A stretch of DNA of 64,000 bases from a virus. Taxonomy: Duplodnaviria; Caudoviricetes. A program made the position numbers and the translations under genes. The notes under the pieces were generated by a model, which was not told where the DNA came from, ran no database searches, and saw only the letters and a program-made list of their open reading frames with translations. Positions 1 to 6,410 of this stretch are shown here, piece after piece; positions within the stretch are counted from its first letter, which is position 1, and each line of letters opens with the position of its first letter. The stretch lies in the IMG/VR virus record IMGVR_UViG_3300018494_000083; one strand, 5' to 3'.

Positions 1-166
1 CTTTCTCAGGATCTTCAAAGCATCCAGTCTTCTCTCTCATTTCGAGATCAAGATCAGACATACTACTTTCGTAGAGACGGTCACTTTCATAATCTCTCAT
101 AATCGATTCACACATGATGTCGATATCGTCATTAGACATAAATTCATTGCATTTACGCTTTTCCAT
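1..166 (-). CDS. Partial hypothetical protein (5' part; runs off window start)
   Basis: ATG at 166-164 just after the stop of the upstream minus-strand gene, AGGA SD; reads MEKRKCNEFMSNDDIDIMCESIMRDYESDRLYESS, open to position 1. Confidence 0.6.
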   Translation of the reverse strand, partial: MEKRKCNEFMSNDDIDIMCESIMRDYESDRLYESSMSDLDLEMREKTGCFEDPEK

Positions 167-179
167 ATCGATCACATCC

Positions 180-1793
180 TTAATAATCACGATGGATAGT
201 TTCCATATACTTATAGAAACCACTATCGTAAAGAAGTTTATATTTTGTGAGACTTAATACATCTCGAGGTTCACCAGGCTTACCAAAGTAAACGTCAATG
301 TGATTATCATTTCTCAAATTGTACAAAGTATGATACAGATGTAAGTGACCATGCACGTTAATCTTATCTCCAGCCACAAACTCAGGATAATGTGAGAAGA
401 GATACTTTGCTGTGTCAATTCTATCTGTTACATAATAGTAACCAAGATCATAATAATCTTTGACTGACAGGTGATCATTATTGCCGAGTACCAATACAAC
501 CTTCTTGCAATTTAATCCATTGAGAAGTTTAGTTGTATAAGTCTTGACAAAAGTGGTATCTTTCGAAGTAACGATATCACCAAGCAGAAGCACAAGGGAA
601 TCTGGCGTAGTGACTGCGTTAATTCTATCGATAGCATCCTGAAGTCTTTCATCTGTGGTCATATTGAGATTCTTTCTGCCAATATGAATGTCACTTGCAA
701 GATGAACAAGTTGAGGATGCATTTCAATCATATTTATGATATGCTTCAAGTTAGCGGTATGACCAGGAGCTTCATTAGGAAGAAGCTTTACTAACTCAAT
801 ATTATTGATAACTGTTTTTCTTTGCTTTCCAAGAGGAAGTGCTTCAACTGCTTCATTAAGAGATTCTCTATACTTCTTGATCTGGCTATCGAGATTTTCG
901 AAGTAGAACGAAGGCATATCATCAGCAGCAAGGTGTTGAGCCTTAAGTGCTTCAAGTTCGTTGATCTTCTCTTGGATAGACTCTTTTCGGATTTTAGCCG
1001 ATTCATTGATAACAATCGTCGGATCTGGCTTTTTATTGATATTTCCTTCCTCTTCATCGGTGGAAGTTATATTATTAAGCCTTATTTTCGACAATACTGC
1101 AACTAATTGCATCATATTCTTATGTGTAATCTTCACATAATTGAATACTTTCTGGTTCTTCATGAGAAGATCCTTGGCTTCCTCACGCTCTCTGTTCTCT
1201 CTGAATCCAGGGTGAGTATTCTCGTCCTTTCCATCCTTAACCTCAATAATGAGATTAAATTCAGTGAGATAGATATCGGTGATCCAATGTTTCTTCTCTC
1301 CTTTGAATTCATACTCGAGAATCGGTCCAGGCATTTGAACAGTGTCAGGATCAATATCGAATACTTTATCCAACCACTCAATAGCAAACTTCTCATAAGA
1401 TCCAGTGTAGGTAAACTTATGCTTACCATCAGACCAGAGATAAGTACCACTGATTGATCTATTTGCGAGCATCTTTTCCTGATGCTTGGGATCGGATAAA
1501 AGATTTGTCTTGCCGTAGACACGCATCATTCGCTCTTCGGCAATCTTTTTATTTTTTTCTTTACAAGCCTTGGAACCACAGATCTGATAGGGCTTACCTG
1601 CCTTCTCATTCCATGGCGTCAAGTTATGACAATATCTACAAATACCGCTGACTCTTCCATTATGGTTCAGACTATACACGAACTGTGCAGTCGACATATT
1701 ATTCGGAAGATCCTCCTTATGTACAGACTCGACATGAATAAGGATATCAGCTTTCTTAGAGAATGTCTTATGACAAATAGGACATCTAGCCAT
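180..1793 (-). CDS. C2H2 zinc finger + PD-(D/E)XK (TnsA/head-completion-like) nuclease fused to calcineurin-like metallophosphoesterase
   Basis: CPICHKTF..HVESVH; GSYE...WITDIY..FNLIIEVKDG nuclease motif; C-terminal LASDIHIG, LLGDIV, LGNND, FSHYP, VHGHLH phosphoesterase motifs; AAGGAG SD. Confidence 0.75.
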   Translation of the reverse strand: MARCPICHKTFSKKADILIHVESVHKEDLPNNMSTAQFVYSLNHNGRVSGICRYCHNLTPWNEKAGKPYQICGSKACKEKNKKIAEERMMRVYGKTNLLSDPKHQEKMLANRSISGTYLWSDGKHKFTYTGSYEKFAIEWLDKVFDIDPDTVQMPGPILEYEFKGEKKHWITDIYLTEFNLIIEVKDGKDENTHPGFRENREREEAKDLLMKNQKVFNYVKITHKNMMQLVAVLSKIRLNNITSTDEEEGNINKKPDPTIVINESAKIRKESIQEKINELEALKAQHLAADDMPSFYFENLDSQIKKYRESLNEAVEALPLGKQRKTVINNIELVKLLPNEAPGHTANLKHIINMIEMHPQLVHLASDIHIGRKNLNMTTDERLQDAIDRINAVTTPDSLVLLLGDIVTSKDTTFVKTYTTKLLNGLNCKKVVLVLGNNDHLSVKDYYDLGYYYVTDRIDTAKYLFSHYPEFVAGDKINVHGHLHLYHTLYNLRNDNHIDVYFGKPGEPRDVLSLTKYKLLYDSGFYKYMETIHRDY

Positions 1794-1820
1794 GTTTCAT
1801 ATTCTCCTTATTAGTTTCAT

Positions 1821-1832
1821 TAATAGTATGTT
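1821..1832 (-). promoter_or_regulatory. Phage late-type promoter AACA-N6-TA
   Basis: AACATACTATTA upstream of 1793; same motif found at 11 sites; matches the AR9 non-virion RNAP promoter consensus AACA-N6-T(A/G). Confidence 0.65.
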
Positions 1833-1902
1833 TTTCGTTTATTTAAGGCATTATTAATAACTTTTTACCGTTAAAACTATTATATAAAGGAGGGTGAGAC
1901 CA

Positions 1903-2310
1903 ATGATTGAAGTAACTTTATCTTCCGATTCATTCAAACAAAATCCGACCTTTGCTGACGAGATTGCGATCCTCAGACAGCTCTATAACTTAATCGTTAT
2001 GAAGCCAGGTACAGACCCTCTTAATCCTGCAAAAGGATGTGACGTTAACTCGGCTTACTATAAGTTCAAATCTGAGATGGATACCATTGTTTTGGAACAG
2101 ACCATCAGAGAACAGATACTTGCTTATACTGATTACAAAATTTCTAATGTAAGCTGTAAGACTCTTAAGAGTGGAGAGAAATGGGTGCTTCATGTATTCC
2201 TTTCTATTATGGGAATGGAGCGAGAGCTTGTTGTAAGTACAAACGGCGAATTCTCTCAGTATACGGTCATAGATTCACTAACACAAGAAATTTTTGATGA
2301 AAATCAATAA
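1903..2310 (+). CDS. Baseplate wedge protein, gp25/GPW-like
   Basis: LYNLIVMKPGTDPLNPAKG resembles the gp25 family motif; size about 135 aa; ATG 1903 follows GGAGGGTG (ORF track start 1894). Confidence 0.6.
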   Translation: MIEVTLSSDSFKQNPTFADEIAILRQLYNLIVMKPGTDPLNPAKGCDVNSAYYKFKSEMDTIVLEQTIREQILAYTDYKISNVSCKTLKSGEKWVLHVFLSIMGMERELVVSTNGEFSQYTVIDSLTQEIFDENQ

Positions 2311-2341
2311 TTTATAAATTTTAAATGGAGGAGACTCTAAT

Positions 2342-3916
2342 ATGGAAAACACGACACAGAATTCAAGATTACAAGAAAGACTCAATAAGGTACGTGAAAA
2401 CGATGTGCCCATGAGTCCGGCAGCTCCCGTAGCATCCAAGGAGGAAATTCTTGCGGTAAGAGCAGAGGTTGCTCCTCAGCCCAAGGTAGATCCTGATATG
2501 GATGTTGATGTAATTGACGGCGGTGAAATCGGAACTATCCGTGTAACCGAAGCTGCTCCTACTGAAGAGACTGGACCTGCAGCGCCTGGTGATGATCTCT
2601 TCGATGGTCTCAAGGACATTGAGGCTGAAAACGCTGCCATGGCAGATGAGCTTGCTGAGAAACAGGAGGCTGTACTTGATGGCAGAGACCCTGGTGGTGA
2701 AGATGATACCACCGAAGTTCCTACTGATGATGTCGAGGCTATTCTCAGTCAGATTGAAGATGCTGATGCATATGATGATTCTGACGAGATTCTTAAGAAT
2801 GATAACATCGAGGAACTTCTTGTAGAGATCGAGCGTCAGAAAGTATTTGCGACTGAAGTAAATACTAACTCTGAAGCTACCGGTCCTTCCCAGTATGTCG
2901 TCGAAGTTGACGAGACGTACCAGAACGCAGTAGAAGAAGTAATGGATGTTAACAGCATCAGAATCACAAAGCCTACCAACACTGGTCGTAATGCTCTTCT
3001 CGAGAGATATACCAATGTGGGTAATAGCGTAGCTATTCCTCTTCCCAACTCTGGCATCTTTGTACAGATCACCGGTGCTGGTGTAGATGAGCTTATCGCT
3101 ATGTCCAGAATTAACACTGAAAATCCTATGGCTGATGAGCTCAACAAACTCAAGTTTGTTTGTGACCATATCATCAATTCGAGTATCGGTCCTATGAAGC
3201 TTCAGCAGCTTATCAAGGTTGTATCTTACTACGACCTCTATACTCTTTACTACGGACTTCTCGCAGCTACTCATCCCGATCATATCGAGATTTCGAGAAT
3301 TTGTCCTGTTTGTGAAGAGACCTATTATGTTGACATGAGAACGAGAGACCTTCTTCTCAATGCAACAGACTTCCAGAGATCTGAAGCTGATATCCGTGAT
3401 AATGTAACTACTTATAAGAGACTCATCGAATCCGCACAGCTCAGTAAGGTTTATAAGAAGTTCCACTCCAATGGTAACATGCTTATTCACTACAAGCATC
3501 CTTCGATCGAGGCTTGGTTGCAGACCTATCACATGCTCAGACCTGAAGTTCTTCACCGTTACGAAGATCTTGTTAACTTTGCATTCTGCATTGACAAGAT
3601 TGCCCTTCGTGATAAGAAGACCAACATGTTCGTTGAGTATAAGGATCCCAATGAGATCGTTCTCATTATCTCCAGACTCAAGGACATCAATGATAAATAT
3701 GAAATCGCCGACATGGTAGATGAAGTAAGACCTTCTTACATTCCTACCTATGGTTACCAGAAGTGTACATGCCCTCACTGTGCAAGCAAGAATGATACCG
3801 AGAATATCAATGTTCCCAGCTTGCTTTTTACGTTAGCCCGAGACGAGGACTGGATGGCGATGATGAGACGGGCAGCAGTAATCCAGAAGAGGAAAGCGTC
3901 CGAGAAGAAAGGATAA
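2342..3916 (+). CDS. Baseplate hub assembly / tail chaperone protein (T4 gp26-like) with acidic N-terminal extension
   Basis: IPLPNSG motif, CPVC and CTCPHC pairs, YKHPS, ends ..PSLLF; GGAGG SD; follows gp25-like gene. Confidence 0.6.
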   Translation: MENTTQNSRLQERLNKVRENDVPMSPAAPVASKEEILAVRAEVAPQPKVDPDMDVDVIDGGEIGTIRVTEAAPTEETGPAAPGDDLFDGLKDIEAENAAMADELAEKQEAVLDGRDPGGEDDTTEVPTDDVEAILSQIEDADAYDDSDEILKNDNIEELLVEIERQKVFATEVNTNSEATGPSQYVVEVDETYQNAVEEVMDVNSIRITKPTNTGRNALLERYTNVGNSVAIPLPNSGIFVQITGAGVDELIAMSRINTENPMADELNKLKFVCDHIINSSIGPMKLQQLIKVVSYYDLYTLYYGLLAATHPDHIEISRICPVCEETYYVDMRTRDLLLNATDFQRSEADIRDNVTTYKRLIESAQLSKVYKKFHSNGNMLIHYKHPSIEAWLQTYHMLRPEVLHRYEDLVNFAFCIDKIALRDKKTNMFVEYKDPNEIVLIISRLKDINDKYEIADMVDEVRPSYIPTYGYQKCTCPHCASKNDTENINVPSLLFTLARDEDWMAMMRRAAVIQKRKASEKKG

Positions 3917-4101
3917 AGTCTTATCGGCAGCTTTTAGATATGGCATATGAACTTTTTGATGGAAAATATTCGATCCATGATTTAGGTGCTATGCCTTATC
4001 ACGAGCTTATCGAAAATATCGAACGAGAACAGAAGTTCCAAAATGAATTTGGTTCTCGCAGAGATAAGAGAGAAGCTAAAGAAATCGAAGAGAACTTATA
4101 A
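3796..4101 (+). CDS. Overlapping -1-frame ORF: probable frameshift extension of the gp26-like chaperone (or a 53-aa protein from ATG 3940)
   Basis: Frame open from 3796 to TAA 4099-4101; encodes SYRQLLDMAYELFDGKYSIHDLGAMPYHELIENI; G-CTT-TTT-A at 3823-3830; no good SD before ATG 3940. Confidence 0.5.
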   Translation, partial: YREYQCSQLAFYVSPRRGLDGDDETGSSNPEEESVREERIKSYRQLLDMAYELFDGKYSIHDLGAMPYHELIENIEREQKFQNEFGSRRDKREAKEIEENL

Positions 4102-4115
4102 AGGAATGTACAGCT

Positions 4116-4478
4116 ATGAATGTAGAAAAGCCAAAAGACAGAATTGATCTGTTGAAACAGCTGTGCTTCATCGGTGGAGATGAGGCAGTAAATGTATTCA
4201 GTTCCTACATTCCGGATCACTATAATGAGATATACACTCTTTATGGTCTTTTAGAATCATTGAAGATTGATTACAATAATATCAGATTCATGAAACCGAA
4301 GGACCATAAGGAGAGTTTCGTTTTCTTATGTGAATTCAATATTCCATCCGATAAAGAGAAAATAACTGCCTATTTGGCAGACCATGCAAACAAAATACAG
4401 TTCATGCGAAAGAATCCCTACTTGGTGTTTATCAAGGACCAGAACGATTGCACGAACATTAAATTCAAGCATCTTTAA
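4116..4478 (+). CDS. Hypothetical protein
   Basis: 120-aa ORF in operon, AAGGA SD. Confidence 0.7.
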   Translation: MNVEKPKDRIDLLKQLCFIGGDEAVNVFSSYIPDHYNEIYTLYGLLESLKIDYNNIRFMKPKDHKESFVFLCEFNIPSDKEKITAYLADHANKIQFMRKNPYLVFIKDQNDCTNIKFKHL

Positions 4479-4492
4479 AGGAGGGATTAGCG

Positions 4493-6061
4493 ATGTATTT
4501 ACGAATGCTACAAATAGATGATTTCGTGAAGCTGAATAATCTTCGTGAGATCAAGGATCCTATTTACATGCAATTTAAACAACCAACTCCAGAAGGGTTG
4601 TTCAGTCATGAGATTTTTGGTATAACCCAGTATGATAGATCTACTATTTGGGGCTATATCGACCTCGGTGCTAGATTCTTGCATCCTCTTGCGGCGAATA
4701 ACTTTAAGAAATATGGATCGACCTTTGAAAATATCATCTATGGTCTTAAACGCTATAGAATGGTCGATGGTGAGTTTATCGAAGATGAAGAAAATGGTGA
4801 CACCGGAATTGATTTTCTTTACGAAAATTACGATAATATAAAATGGAGAGATACACCGAGTATTGGATCAAGCGAAAGGATTAAATTCCTTAAGCAAGGT
4901 AAAGATAGAATCTTTATCACCAAATTCCCAGTATGCCCTCCGTTCTATCGTGATATCAATGACAACTCTTCCACAGGTATCCCTGTTGTAAATGAGTTGT
5001 ATAAAAAGGTTATCTCTCAATGTATGGCACTTAAGAAGAAAGGATCGTTCTCTTTCTTTGGAAACCTTACAAGAGCTAACATCCAAAAAACACTTGTTGA
5101 AATCTTTGACCATTATGTCACTTCCCTTAAAGGTAAGACTGGTTTAATGCGTAGATCTGTAATGGGTCGTAATATTGACTACGGTGTATGGTGCGTTCTT
5201 GCATCTCCTGTAATTGACTGTGAAAGATATGATGAAATGCTGGTTGACTTTGACCACATGGGAATCCCTCTTGCAGCAGTCCTCGCAATGTTTAAACCCT
5301 TTATCTTACAGGCAACCAAAGATTTCTTTGCAAACGAATTTGTGAGATCGGGTAAATACCCCGTCTTGAAGATGACCGGTAAAGGAAAGTACGAAACTGT
5401 ACTGGTAGACTTTATCGATCCTCTGAGTGAATTCTCTGATGATTTTATCGACAAAAGAATTGCAAACTTTGTCAATGGCTATTCTACCAGATTTGAGCCA
5501 ATTGAGATTCCTAGTAACCGTGAAGGTATTAAGGGATACTTGTCTATATCTGGTCGTTTTGGTAGTGATGAAAAGATCTCTACTCGTCCTATGACTTGGA
5601 CTGATCTGTTCTTCATCGTTGCCGAAGAATGTACACAAGACAAGAGTGCAATCTGGAGTCGTTATCCTATAGATCATTTCTATTCTGTTGAATATCCTAA
5701 GGTTAGAGTAATGTCAACCATTACTACTACAACCGCAACTATCGATAATAAAACCTACAAGTGGTATCCGAATGTCAAAGTTGGTCAAGATTCCTCTTCT
5801 GACTTTGTGGCAACGATTGCACCATGTAACGTTAATATCGGAGCTTTAGGCGCGGACTACGATGGAGATAGTACTCCGCTCAGAGGAATATTCACAGCAG
5901 AAGGAAATATCGAAGCTGAGAAGTTCAGAAGAGATAAAAAGAATTTCTTGGATCTCCAAGGAAGAAATATCAGACCTACAGAGAAAGACTTCTGTCAGTT
6001 AATGTATTCTTTGACTAAGCCTAGCATTGTTATGCCTGGTGAACTTGAAGATCCTAACTAA
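4493..6061 (+). CDS. Phage multi-subunit RNA polymerase beta'-like subunit (N-terminal plus catalytic part), probably virion RNAP
   Basis: PTPEGLFSHEIFG, WGYIDL, KGKTGLMRRSVMGRNIDY, SRYP and catalytic GADYDGD (NADFDGD homolog). Confidence 0.92.
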   Translation: MYLRMLQIDDFVKLNNLREIKDPIYMQFKQPTPEGLFSHEIFGITQYDRSTIWGYIDLGARFLHPLAANNFKKYGSTFENIIYGLKRYRMVDGEFIEDEENGDTGIDFLYENYDNIKWRDTPSIGSSERIKFLKQGKDRIFITKFPVCPPFYRDINDNSSTGIPVVNELYKKVISQCMALKKKGSFSFFGNLTRANIQKTLVEIFDHYVTSLKGKTGLMRRSVMGRNIDYGVWCVLASPVIDCERYDEMLVDFDHMGIPLAAVLAMFKPFILQATKDFFANEFVRSGKYPVLKMTGKGKYETVLVDFIDPLSEFSDDFIDKRIANFVNGYSTRFEPIEIPSNREGIKGYLSISGRFGSDEKISTRPMTWTDLFFIVAEECTQDKSAIWSRYPIDHFYSVEYPKVRVMSTITTTTATIDNKTYKWYPNVKVGQDSSSDFVATIAPCNVNIGALGADYDGDSTPLRGIFTAEGNIEAEKFRRDKKNFLDLQGRNIRPTEKDFCQLMYSLTKPSIVMPGELEDPN

Positions 6062-6068
6062 CGACGAA

Positions 6069-6100
6069 AAAGAGGTAGTAGGAAAACCTACTACCTCTTT
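6069..6100 (+). terminator. Hairpin terminator after beta' gene
   Basis: AAAGAGGTAGTAGG-AAAA-CCTACTACCTCTTT, perfect 14-bp stem. Confidence 0.8.
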
Positions 6101-6288
6101 GATGAAGAAAAAGAACAACCGAGAAATAATATAACAGCTATTGTGATAACTCTGACATTTTATGTTTGTAAATGCTACACGCATTAGTGTTTCAGTTCAA
6201 GCAATAACCACCATATTACTTATGGTTATTTTAATGTTGTTCCTAAATTAAACAAGATTCTTCAACTCATAAAAATATATACATACCG

Positions 6289-6300
6289 AACAATATAATG
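6289..6300 (+). promoter_or_regulatory. Late-type promoter AACA-N6-TG
   Basis: AACAATATAATG; followed about 65 nt later by a terminator hairpin. Confidence 0.55.
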
Positions 6301-6400
6301 TGATGCTTCTCATGCTGTCACATGCTGTTTGTTTTCGGCATTTTTGGACTCCTTATTTTGTAAAAGGGCATATCCTCCGCAGGGATATGCCCGCTTTTTT
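6300..6400 (+). ncRNA. Candidate ~100-nt small RNA with anti-SD tract
   Basis: Promoter motif at 6289-6300, terminator at 6366-6400, internal CATTTTTGGACTCCTTATTTT (antisense to AAGGAG-N8-ATG). Confidence 0.4.
6366..6400 (+). terminator. Rho-independent terminator immediately upstream of cassette array 1
   Basis: GGGCATATCC-N7-GGATATGCCC-GCTTTTTT. Confidence 0.8.
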
Positions 6401-6410
6401 CGTCCTCTGC

